Of a stretch of DNA of 64,000 nucleotides, positions 29,903 through 38,288 are shown piece by piece. The position numbers were made by a program, and so were the translations under genes. Source of the stretch: Azonexus sp. (GTDB taxonomy: Bacteria > Pseudomonadota > Gammaproteobacteria > Burkholderiales > Rhodocyclaceae); contig JBASFI010000012.1 of NCBI GenBank assembly GCA_049652925.1, positions 66,095-130,094 of the forward strand, in the 5' to 3' direction. Under the pieces are notes generated by a model that was given only the letters and a program-made list of their open reading frames with translations, did no database searches and had not been told where the DNA came from. Position 1 is the first letter of the stretch, and each line of letters begins with the position of its first letter.

Positions 29903-32185
29903 TCAGACCTGGATCTGTCCGGCCAGCTGCTGGATGCTGATGACCACGAATTCGGCCGGCTTGAGCGGCGCGAAGCCGACCAGAATGTTCACCACACCGC
30001 GATTTATGTCGTCCTGCGTCGTCGTCTCCCGGTCGCACTTGACGAGATAGGCATCGCGCGGCGAACTGCCCTGGAAAGCGCCCTGGCGGAACAGGCCGTT
30101 CATGAAGGCGCCGATGTTGAGGCGAATCTGTGCCCACAGCGGTTCGTCGTTCGGCTCGAAAACGACCCATTGCGTACCGCGATAGAGCGATTCCTCGATG
30201 TAGAGCGCCAGGCGGCGAACCGGCACGTACTTGTATTCGGAGGCCATCTGATCGGCGCCGCGCAGGGTGCGGGCACCCCAGGCAATCGCGCCATAGACCG
30301 GGAAAGTACGCAGGCAATTGACGCCCAGCGGATTGAGACTGCCGTTTTCACCATCGGTCATCGGCACGGCCATCGACTGCACGCCGGCCAGATTGGCATC
30401 GGTGCCGGCCGGCGCCTTCCAGACGCCGCGATTGCCGTCGGTACGGGCGTAGAGGCCGGCCATCGTGCCACCGGGTGGGGTCAGGCGCGGCTTGCCGTTC
30501 TTGAGCGGATCGGCGACGTAGGTCCAGGGGAAATAGACTGCAGCGTGATCGGATTTCGGCAGCTCGGTGCCGGAAGCCGCGGTGACCATGGTAGCGACGC
30601 TGGTGGCCGTGGGCGGCGCATCGACGATGAAGAAGGCACGGCGCTCCTCGCAATACGAGGCGGCGTCGGCCAGCACGCCGGGGTCGGTGACGCCGGGCAT
30701 GACCAGGATGTTGAACAGATCGGCGTCTTCCAGCGCATACAAGCCTTCACGATTGGCGCGGCTGCCGATGAAGGCCGGATAGACATCGGCTGGCCCGTAA
30801 GGGGTTTCGGCGCCGCCGCCAAGGAAGGCATCGGTTGGCGGCGCGGCCAGTGTGGCACCGGCCAGCAGATGCAGGCCGGCGGCGAGGTCGTTGATCGGAG
30901 CGGCGCTGACGGCGATGGCCGAACCGGCGCCGCGCGAGCCGCTGGCCAGGACCAGCGTGGTGGCGGTCGCCGTTGCGGTGAAGTTGGCGTAGGCAGGATT
31001 GCCGGGTTTCAGGGCGCGCACAGCGGCCTGCAGGCGACTAGCCATGTCGCCGAGTTTGGCCGCGAGGTTGGCGCCGGCCGCGGCTGCGCTGCCGAGATCG
31101 ACGACATCCGGACCGTAGCCGTCGAGGCTGATGCGCAGGCTGGTGTGCGTGGCGTCGGGCAGGGCGTCGAGATCGGTGGCAGCGAAAGCGCCGCTGGTCA
31201 GCGTTGCCGGGTCGGGCAGGGGCGCCGGGCGAAGGCTGGCAACGGCATCGACTTCGACGCCGCCATTGGCGACGCCGAGCTTGAGCACGCCGGCGGCGTT
31301 GTTGCTGCTACCGGGCAGGACGCGGACGGACGAGAATTCGCCGCCGGTACCCGAGGTCATGATCAGCGTGCTGCCGCTGCGGGCGCAGGTAAATCCCGAG
31401 AGCGCCGCCTTGCCGCCGGCCTGGGCTTGAACCTTGGCCTGAATGGCGCCGGCCAGCGTGGTGAGGCGGGCATTTGCGGTGCCGCCGGCAATATCGGCCG
31501 GCAGGGTGATGCTGACGGTGACCGGTGGCAGGCCGTTCACCACGACACGGAAATCAGTGTGGGTGGCATCGAGCAGGGTCTGGACGTCGGCCAGGGTGCC
31601 GCTCGTCGAGGTGCCGGCAGCCAGGCCGTTGAGGGTGAGCTGGGGGACATCCCGGCTAATCTTGACCAGCTGCGACACGCCATTGACGAGATCTGGCAGG
31701 TAGCGGGCATCGGCCGAGTTCATCGAGACATTCGGGTACTGCTCGGCCCGGCCGTCGCTGCTGCGGATGAAAGCAATGTTGAAGGTGCTGTCCGGGTTGG
31801 CCGTCGCGTAATCGACGCGGACCTGAATGCTGTTGCCCGATTCGCCGGCATCGAGCGCCGTGACGGTCAGGACTGTGATGGGCGTCGCGTTGACCAACGC
31901 CCGACTGGCCGGTGCGGCGTTCTTGACGATGCGGACGATCCACGCATCAGTCCCGCCGTTGATGAAGAACTGGCGTACCCCGTAGCTCATCTCCGAGTCG
32001 GCCGTGAGGCCGCCGAAAGCGCGCTCGAAGTCGGCAAAGCTGAAAATTCGGGTGGCCTTGTTGATCGGCCCTCGGGATGCAGCGCCGAGGAAGGCGGCGA
32101 CCGAGGTGGCGACGCCGGCAATGGTGCGGACTCCGCTGGAAACTTCCTGGATGTAAACCCCGGGGGAAGCAAGCTGTACGGGCAT
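29903..32185 (-). CDS. contractile tail sheath protein (760 aa, with a tandem internal duplication)
   Basis: AAAGGAG RBS. The N-terminus MPVQLASPGVYIQEVSSGVRTIAGVATSVAAFLG and the C-terminal ...YKYVPVRRLALYIEESLYRGTQWVVFEPNDEPLW... are classic sheath motifs. Confidence 0.9.
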   Translation of the reverse strand: MPVQLASPGVYIQEVSSGVRTIAGVATSVAAFLGAASRGPINKATRIFSFADFERAFGGLTADSEMSYGVRQFFINGGTDAWIVRIVKNAAPASRALVNATPITVLTVTALDAGESGNSIQVRVDYATANPDSTFNIAFIRSSDGRAEQYPNVSMNSADARYLPDLVNGVSQLVKISRDVPQLTLNGLAAGTSTSGTLADVQTLLDATHTDFRVVVNGLPPVTVSITLPADIAGGTANARLTTLAGAIQAKVQAQAGGKAALSGFTCARSGSTLIMTSGTGGEFSSVRVLPGSSNNAAGVLKLGVANGGVEVDAVASLRPAPLPDPATLTSGAFAATDLDALPDATHTSLRISLDGYGPDVVDLGSAAAAGANLAAKLGDMASRLQAAVRALKPGNPAYANFTATATATTLVLASGSRGAGSAIAVSAAPINDLAAGLHLLAGATLAAPPTDAFLGGGAETPYGPADVYPAFIGSRANREGLYALEDADLFNILVMPGVTDPGVLADAASYCEERRAFFIVDAPPTATSVATMVTAASGTELPKSDHAAVYFPWTYVADPLKNGKPRLTPPGGTMAGLYARTDGNRGVWKAPAGTDANLAGVQSMAVPMTDGENGSLNPLGVNCLRTFPVYGAIAWGARTLRGADQMASEYKYVPVRRLALYIEESLYRGTQWVVFEPNDEPLWAQIRLNIGAFMNGLFRQGAFQGSSPRDAYLVKCDRETTTQDDINRGVVNILVGFAPLKPAEFVVISIQQLAGQIQV

Positions 32186-32785
32186 GACGGGCTCCTTTCT
32201 GCGGGACGGCCAGCGGCCATTCCATTCACGATCTCATCGATACTTCTGCCGGCCCCGGCGATCGCTGCGGAAAAAATGCTTCCGCGGCCACCCGGGTTAC
32301 CACCAAAATCCCTCAAGGCGGGATCGAAGGGCGAGGCGGATGATTAGTCCAGCCACGCCAGGGCGGAGCCCTGAATGTCTGCCCCGCGTCATCGAGTGGC
32401 GCAGGTGAAAGTGTCTTTGCTGGTTCAGTCCAGTCCGCCAAAGGCGGTCAGGCTTGAAACTTCGAACAACCTCTTGCAGTGTCAGAAAAGTGTGTTTAAA
32501 CAGCGGTATTTTCTAGATTGAAAGCCATGCAGTTTCAATGCCAAAAAAACGCATTAGCATATCCGAATGTACTTTCAGACTAATGCAAAACAGCTTTATA
32601 AGACCGTGGACGCTGATGACCAGAATATAGTTCAATTCACGATGAATAAAATAATTTATTCATGCGAAATATATTCGGAGTCGAAAAGAAAGTCACCTGT
32701 CATTTGTTGTCGATGGCAGTTGCAGATGACGGCACGCAATTTCGTCCGGCGATTTTTCTGAACGTTGGTGCGTGGCAAAGCCATT
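32186..32785 (-). promoter_or_regulatory. upstream or leader region of the eCIS operon; the distal half is conspicuously AT-rich
   Basis: A 600-nt non-coding gap lies upstream of the sheath gene. Positions 32400-32780 are visibly A/T-rich relative to the flanks. It contains the inverted repeats ATGAATAAA-ataa-TTTATTCAT (32642-32663) and TTGAAA-n9-TTTCAA (32518-32538). No promoter hexamers could be assigned confidently. Confidence 0.4.
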
Positions 32786-33127
32786 TCAGTCGGATGTTTT
32801 TCGGCCGGCCGCTTTGCTCTGGTTCGACCAGAATTGTGCAACCTCGCCGGTCGTTATCCGTCCGATCCTTACGCCCTGCGCAAGGACCTTCTCGGCATCG
32901 GCCTTTCGGCCGTAGATGAGATAGACCTCGGCTTCGACCAACGGGCAGATTTCCTCTTCCATGGCGAGCAGTTCGGATTGGTCGGGCCGAGAAAAGACCG
33001 ACGAGTCAATCTGCGGGTGGGGAGCTGGCCGGGTATCCGATTTTCTGCTGAATGGAAGCAGCATGGAAAGGGTGAATTGCCGCATGAAGCCGGTGACTGG
33101 CTGGAGGTTCGGTATCTTCTGTGTCAT
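32786..33127 (-). CDS. hypothetical protein with a FimV-C-terminal-like helical motif
   Basis: Start taken at MTQKIPNLQPV. The C-terminal VEAEVYLIYGRKADAEKVLAQGVRIGRITTGEVAQFW loosely resembles the FimV C-terminal repeat. The assignment is weak. Confidence 0.35.
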   Translation of the reverse strand: MTQKIPNLQPVTGFMRQFTLSMLLPFSRKSDTRPAPHPQIDSSVFSRPDQSELLAMEEEICPLVEAEVYLIYGRKADAEKVLAQGVRIGRITTGEVAQFWSNQSKAAGRKTSD

Positions 33128-33368
33128 GTTTGCTTTGCCCTGGTTTGGTGCGTGGGTAAGAATCTCCGTTAGCCATCGCAACTACCGGGCCAACTTGCAG
33201 GGCTTTGATATCTATGAACTTTATTTTGTCGACGGGGTGTTGCTTGTCGCTATGCGGCGACATTATTTCGACTGGATTCGGGAGTTCGCCGTATTTCCGG
33301 CAAATTTGCCTGTCTCAAAATCACGACAACGCCCGGGCGTAGTACACGCCCACGATGCCGGGGTGCGA

Positions 33369-33782
33369 TCAGCCGATCAGCGTTACGACGATTTCGCGTC
33401 GATGGCCTTGTGTCCGGTGTTCGAACAGATAGATGCCCTGCCAGGTGCCGAGCAGCAGCCGGCCGTCGGCGAAGGGGACGGTCAGCGAAACGCCGGTGAG
33501 CAAGGAGCGGGCATGGGCTGCCATGTCGTCGTCGCCTTCGAGGTCATGGTGATAGGCCGGATCGCCATCGGGCGCCCAGCGTTGCATGAGGGTTTCGAGA
33601 TCGCCGCGGACGCTGGCGTCGGCATTCTCGGTGATGGCCAGCCCGCAGCTCGTATGGCGCACGAAAATATGGGCAATTCCGGCGTTGACCGTGGCATTCC
33701 TGACCACGGCGGCCACTTCGTCGGTTATTTCAACCGAGCCGCGCCCCCGCGTGGTGATGGCGAGTTGATATTGCTCGGCCAT
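33369..33782 (-). CDS. yjbQ: YjbQ/UPF0047 family protein (secondary thiamine-phosphate synthase-like)
   Basis: 137 aa. ...VNAGIAHIFVRHTSCGLAITENADASVRGDLE...HHDLEGDDDMAAHARSLL...GTWQGIYLFEHR aligns with E. coli YjbQ motifs. Confidence 0.85.
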   Translation of the reverse strand: MAEQYQLAITTRGRGSVEITDEVAAVVRNATVNAGIAHIFVRHTSCGLAITENADASVRGDLETLMQRWAPDGDPAYHHDLEGDDDMAAHARSLLTGVSLTVPFADGRLLLGTWQGIYLFEHRTQGHRREIVVTLIG

Positions 33783-33790
33783 GCCGCTGC

Positions 33791-34156
33791 TCAGTCCTTC
33801 TTGAGCAGGCCTTGCAGCGCGGCGAACGGGTTGTGCGTGGCGCCGCCACCGCGTTTGGTGCTGGTGTCGGTATAGCCGCGGTCAGCCTCGATCTGCTTCT
33901 GGTGCTCGTTGTCGTGGCAGTAAATGCAGAGCAGTTCCCAGTTGCTGCCATCGTTCGGGTTGTTATCGTGATTGTGGTCGCGATGGTGCACGGTCAGTTC
34001 GCGCAGATTGGTCGTGGTGAACTCACGCGCGCAGCGGCCGCAAATCCACGGATAGATTTTCAGGGCGCGTTCGCGGTAGCCCTCAGCGCGGGTGTCGGCG
34101 GCTTTGCGGGCGTCAAGGACGATCTTGTCGAGGCGTTTGTGGTCGATTGAACTCAT
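33791..34156 (-). CDS. yajD: HNH endonuclease family protein YajD
   Basis: 121 aa. CGRCAREF...LTVHHRDHNHDNNPNDGSNWELLCIYCHDNEH is the YajD-type HNH motif. Confidence 0.85.
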   Translation of the reverse strand: MSSIDHKRLDKIVLDARKAADTRAEGYRERALKIYPWICGRCAREFTTTNLRELTVHHRDHNHDNNPNDGSNWELLCIYCHDNEHQKQIEADRGYTDTSTKRGGGATHNPFAALQGLLKKD

Positions 34157-34220
34157 GGTTGGAATCCGTTGATATTGGGATGAATTTTAACCGGCGTCTG
34201 AATGGCTGCGACGAGGGATG

Positions 34221-36584
34221 TCAGATTCCCAGCCGCTTGAAGAAATCCCTGACCATGCTCGGTATCGATTCCACGTCGAGCTCCTTGACCCCGGTGTCGC
34301 TGTTGAATTCGTCGTACATCCAGTCGCCGTCCACGAAGGAGACACCAGCCGGTGGCGAACGTTCGGCGACTGGCTTGCCGGCCAGTGCCTGGCGCATGTA
34401 GTCGATCCAGATCGGCAGGGCCAGCGTCGCGCCGAATTCCCGGGCGCCCAGTGATTTGGGTTGGTCGAAGCCCATCCAGGCAACGGCGACGACATCGCTG
34501 GCGTAGCCGGCAAACCAGCCGTCGAAGGCATCGCTGGTGGTTCCCGTCTTGCCCGCTACGTCGGCGCGTCCGAGGCGTTGTCCGGCCAGCGCACCGGTAC
34601 CCGTATGGGCGACTTCGCGCAACATGCTGTCCATGATGAAGGCGTTGCGGCTGTCGATGACCCGCTGTTCGTCCTGGCGGACGGGCGGCTGCGGCGTTTC
34701 CTGCAGCACGGTGCCGCGGCTGTCGGTAATCTTTTCGATCAGGTGCGGCGTGACTTTGTAGCCGCCATTGGCGAACACGGCGTAGGCGGCGGCCATCTGC
34801 TGGGGGGTAACCGAACCGCTGCCCAGGGTCATGGTCAGGTCGGCCGGATGCTTGGTGGCATCGAAGCCGAAGCGCTGCAGATAATCCCGCCCGTATTGCG
34901 GTGTGATCGACCGCAAGAGGCGCACGGCGACAACGTTTTTCGAACGGGCGAAGGCGCGGCGCAGGCTGATCGGGCCATCGTAGCCGTCATCGTTCTGCGG
35001 ATCCCAGGTTTTGCCGTTGTCGCCGGCCGGCAGCGAGAGCGGTGCATCCTCGACTACGGTAGCCGGGGAGAAACCCTTTTCCAGCGCCGCCGAATAGACG
35101 AAAGGCTTGATGCTCGATCCCGGCTGGCGCCAGGCGCTGGTGACATGGTTGAACTGCTTGCGCGAAAAATCGAAGCCACCGACCAGGGCGCGATAGGAGC
35201 CGTCTTCGGCATTGAGTGCGACAAAGGCCGCTTCGACCTCGGGCATCTGGCTGATCGACCAGCGGCCCTTCGCATCGCGGCTGGCCCGGATGACCGAGCC
35301 GACGCGAATCCGGGTGCCACCCTTGGCGTTCGCCTGCAAGGCGCGGGTGACAAAGCGCAGGCCCTCGCCGCTGACCTCGATGGTGTCGCCGGAGGCGGGT
35401 TCGGCACTGACTTTCTTGCTTGAAATTTCCGTGACGACGGCCGCGATCAGGTTGTCGCTGTTCGGGTGTTTGGCCAGGATGCGGTCGATGGCGTCGTCGC
35501 GCTCGTCGGCATCATCAGGCAGGTCGACAAAATCTTCCGGCCCGCGGTAGCCGTGGCGCTGGTCGTAGGCCAGGACGTTGCTGCGCAACGAGTTGTAGGC
35601 GGCGTTCTGTTCGGGGCCGTTGAGCGTGGTGTACACGTTGAAGCCGCGCGTGTAGGTCTCGGCCTGATATTGCGCAAAGATTTCCTGGCGGACCATTTCG
35701 GCGGCATGGTCGGCATGCACGGATAGCAACTGGCGGTCGCTGATGGCGAGGGGCTGGGCCATCGCCTCGGTGTATTGCGCTTCGGTGATTTTGCCTAGTA
35801 CGCGCAGGCGCTTGAGGACCAGCCCCTGGCGGGCCTTGGCGCGGACAGGATTGACCGCCGGATTATGCTTGGCCGGGTTTTGCGGGATGCCGGCAAGCAT
35901 GGCTGCTTCGGCCAGCGTCAGCTCAGGCAGCCGCTTGTTGAAATAAGTGCGGGCGGCGCTGGCGAAGCCGTGGGTGCGCTGGCCGAGGTAAATCTGGTTC
36001 ATGTACAGCTCAAGGATCTGGTCCTTGGTCAGCGCTGACTCGATACGATAGGCGAGCAGCGCTTCGGTCAGCTTGCGCTTGACGGTCTTTTCCCGCGTCA
36101 GGAAGAAATTGCGCGCCACCTGCATGGTGATCGTCGACGCGCCCTGATGGAAGCCGCCGGTCAGATCGGCGACCAGCGCCCGCGTCACACCCCGGTAATC
36201 CACGCCGCCATGTTCGTAGAAGCGCGAATCCTCGATGGCCAGCAGGGCATCCTTCATGATCTGCGGGATTTCCTGGATCGGCACGAAATCGCGACGTTCC
36301 TCGCCGAATTCGCCGAGCAGCGCGCCGTCCGCCGTGTAGATCCGGAGCGGAATTTTCGGCCGATAGTCGGTCACGATATCCAGCGGCGGCAGGCTGGGCA
36401 GCACTGTCGCCAGCATGTAGGCAAGTATGGCGAAGAGCAGCAGGGCGCCATTGACACCGATGGCGAGCAGCGTGCGTGGCAGTTGCTGGCGATAGTTGGC
36501 CGTGGCCAACGGGAGCGTCAGGAATTTGACGACGGTTGAAAGAAAACTCAATTGAAATCCTGCCCAAGCGTGCCCGGCGAACAA
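34221..36584 (-). CDS. mrcA: penicillin-binding protein 1A (bifunctional glycosyltransferase/transpeptidase)
   Basis: GT51 motifs are present (EDSRFYEHGGVD, GASTITMQVARN, RKLTEALLAYRIE), as is the transpeptidase SxxK (PGSSIKPF). The start is uncertain: TTG at 36584, or TTG at 36551 preceded by AGGA. Confidence 0.9.
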   Translation of the reverse strand: MFAGHAWAGFQLSFLSTVVKFLTLPLATANYRQQLPRTLLAIGVNGALLLFAILAYMLATVLPSLPPLDIVTDYRPKIPLRIYTADGALLGEFGEERRDFVPIQEIPQIMKDALLAIEDSRFYEHGGVDYRGVTRALVADLTGGFHQGASTITMQVARNFFLTREKTVKRKLTEALLAYRIESALTKDQILELYMNQIYLGQRTHGFASAARTYFNKRLPELTLAEAAMLAGIPQNPAKHNPAVNPVRAKARQGLVLKRLRVLGKITEAQYTEAMAQPLAISDRQLLSVHADHAAEMVRQEIFAQYQAETYTRGFNVYTTLNGPEQNAAYNSLRSNVLAYDQRHGYRGPEDFVDLPDDADERDDAIDRILAKHPNSDNLIAAVVTEISSKKVSAEPASGDTIEVSGEGLRFVTRALQANAKGGTRIRVGSVIRASRDAKGRWSISQMPEVEAAFVALNAEDGSYRALVGGFDFSRKQFNHVTSAWRQPGSSIKPFVYSAALEKGFSPATVVEDAPLSLPAGDNGKTWDPQNDDGYDGPISLRRAFARSKNVVAVRLLRSITPQYGRDYLQRFGFDATKHPADLTMTLGSGSVTPQQMAAAYAVFANGGYKVTPHLIEKITDSRGTVLQETPQPPVRQDEQRVIDSRNAFIMDSMLREVAHTGTGALAGQRLGRADVAGKTGTTSDAFDGWFAGYASDVVAVAWMGFDQPKSLGAREFGATLALPIWIDYMRQALAGKPVAERSPPAGVSFVDGDWMYDEFNSDTGVKELDVESIPSMVRDFFKRLGI

Positions 36585-36725
36585 GTCTTTGTCGGGAGGT
36601 TTATGGCGCTGGCTGGCCAGCCACCGAGATGGCTAGTTTAGCCTCAATGCGAAGCGTGGACCGCTGGCCGTGCCCTGATCCTGTCCGTAGAATCCGGATT
36701 CACCCATTTACCAGGCGTCACCACC

Positions 36726-37151
36726 ATGCCCCGCATCAAGATCGAGCTACCCCAGCATTTCAGCTTCTCGACCGACATTCCCATTTATATCGGCCACATC
36801 AACTACGGCCACCACCTCGACAACGCCCAGCTGATCTCGCTCGTCTCCGAAGCGCGGGTACGCTTCTTCAAGTCGCTTGGCTACACCGAACTCGATGTCG
36901 AAGGTGTCGGTATCGTCGTCGCCGATGTCGCGGCGCAATACCGCTCGGAAGCCTTCCACGGCGAAACGCTGGTCGTCGAGATGGGCGCCAACGATTTCAA
37001 CAAATACGGCTGCGATCTCGTCTGGCGCCTGTCGGACAAAGCCAGTGGCCGCGAGGTGGCGCGCGGCAAGCACGGCATCATGTTCTTCGACTACTCCGCC
37101 CGCAAGGCTGTTTCGGTGCCGCCGGCTTTCGTTGCCAAGGTCGGCGCCTGA
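36726..37151 (+). CDS. hotdog-fold acyl-CoA thioesterase
   Basis: 141 aa. The 4HBT-like pattern YIGHINYGHHLDNAQLISLVSEARVRFF is present. The stop overlaps the next start (TGATG). Confidence 0.7.
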   Translation: MPRIKIELPQHFSFSTDIPIYIGHINYGHHLDNAQLISLVSEARVRFFKSLGYTELDVEGVGIVVADVAAQYRSEAFHGETLVVEMGANDFNKYGCDLVWRLSDKASGREVARGKHGIMFFDYSARKAVSVPPAFVAKVGA

Positions 37152-38041
37152 TGATTCCGATCCGTTACGTCGAGCCGGTCTTCCGTCCGCCGAGCGAAGC
37201 GGAATCGCTAATCCTGCCGGTGACGGATGGCTGTTCGTGGAATAAATGTACGTTCTGCGAAATGTACACGGCGCCACAGAAGAAATTCCTGGCGCGCAGC
37301 GAAGACGAGGTGCTCGAAAGCATTCGACTGACCGGGCAGCGCTACGGTGGTGACATCCGCCGCGTTTTTCTCGCCGACGGCGATGCACTGGTGCTGCCGA
37401 CTCGGCGGCTGATCAATATTCTCGAAGCGATCCGCACGCACCTGCCGGCTGTGCGGCGGATTTCATCGTATTGCCTGCCGCGAAATTTGCGGAAAAAGTC
37501 GCAGGCGGAAATCGATGAACTGGCGGCGGCCGGCTTGAAAATGGTCTATGTCGGCGCTGAATCGGGCGATGATCAGGTGCTGGCGGCTGTCGACAAAGGC
37601 GAAACGTTTGACACCACGCGCGAGGCGCTCGACAAGTTGGGTGCAGCCGGCATCACGCGGTCGGTGATGATTCTGAACGGCCTCGGCGGCAAGGCTTTGA
37701 GCCAGCAGCACGCAGAAAATTCGGCGCGACTGGCCAATGCGACGCAGCCGGAATACCTGGCAACGCTGGTCGTCAGCTTTCCGCAGGGCGAGGAACGTTT
37801 CCGCGCCGGTTTTCCCGGCTGGGAGCCGCTCGATCAACATGAGCTGTTCGTCGAGATGGAGCGATTCCTGTCCGGGCTGGAACTCAAGCGCACGGTGTTT
37901 CGCAGCGATCACGCCTCGAACTGGCTGGTGCTCAAGGGAACGCTGGGGGCCGACAAGCTGCGCTTGCTTGAGCAGGTGCGACTGGCGATCGCCGCCCCTG
38001 AAGTCGCCCATTTGCGCCCGGCCTGGGCGCGTGGGCTTTAA
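37151..38041 (+). CDS. radical SAM protein
   Basis: Internal ATG of ORF 36536..38041. CSWNKCTFCEMY supplies the CxxxCxxC cluster motif, and GAESGDD resembles the GGE-type SAM-binding motif. Confidence 0.8.
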   Translation: MIPIRYVEPVFRPPSEAESLILPVTDGCSWNKCTFCEMYTAPQKKFLARSEDEVLESIRLTGQRYGGDIRRVFLADGDALVLPTRRLINILEAIRTHLPAVRRISSYCLPRNLRKKSQAEIDELAAAGLKMVYVGAESGDDQVLAAVDKGETFDTTREALDKLGAAGITRSVMILNGLGGKALSQQHAENSARLANATQPEYLATLVVSFPQGEERFRAGFPGWEPLDQHELFVEMERFLSGLELKRTVFRSDHASNWLVLKGTLGADKLRLLEQVRLAIAAPEVAHLRPAWARGL

Positions 38042-38288
38042 GCGTCGTCGTTTCCATGCCTTTGCAGTAGTCAAGCTGTAACACACCCGGCTTGGTCGCC
38101 GTGCCTCGTGTCTTCCTGTCGCCCGTTTATCCTGTTGTACTTAAAATTTGAAAACGCCATACTGCCTTTCCAAGGTACTGCGGTTGATCCACCAAATGAC
38201 TTATCAGGCAGGGCTGCGGGCCAGTGATTCCGTTGTCGCGGCCATGCAGCCGGCCATGAGCCGACTTGCGCTCAAACTTTGTGAGGAA

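Noticed and set aside
30170-32347. Very long ORFs antisense to or overlapping recognised genes. Examples are 30170..32347(+), 10116..11633(+), 13349..14863(+), 22569..24239(+), 3759..4865(-), 46612..48435(-), 57042..58307(-) and 62558..63961(-).
   Set aside because: These are typical shadow ORFs of a GC-rich genome. The products are Arg/Gly/Ala/Asp-rich low-complexity strings with no motifs, while the opposite strand or frame encodes proteins with clear family signatures.
32731-32745. A sigma-54-like GGCACG-n4-TTCG element upstream of the eCIS operon.
   Set aside because: It is a poor match to TGGCAC-n5-TTGC, and it lies on the plus strand, pointing away from the operon.
32567-32761. A 64-aa AT-rich ORF (plus strand), and the 61-aa ORF 32656..32841 (minus strand), in the eCIS upstream region.
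   Set aside because: Neither has a convincing RBS, and both have odd composition and no motifs. The region is more likely regulatory DNA.
33664-33700. GGGCAATTCCGGCGTTGACCGTGGCATTC inside yjbQ resembles the repeat core.
   Set aside because: The encoded peptide (NATVNAGIAHIFVRHTS) corresponds to the conserved VN-x-G...H...HTS block of YjbQ proteins such as E. coli YjbQ. The similarity is best explained by protein-level constraint and chance.
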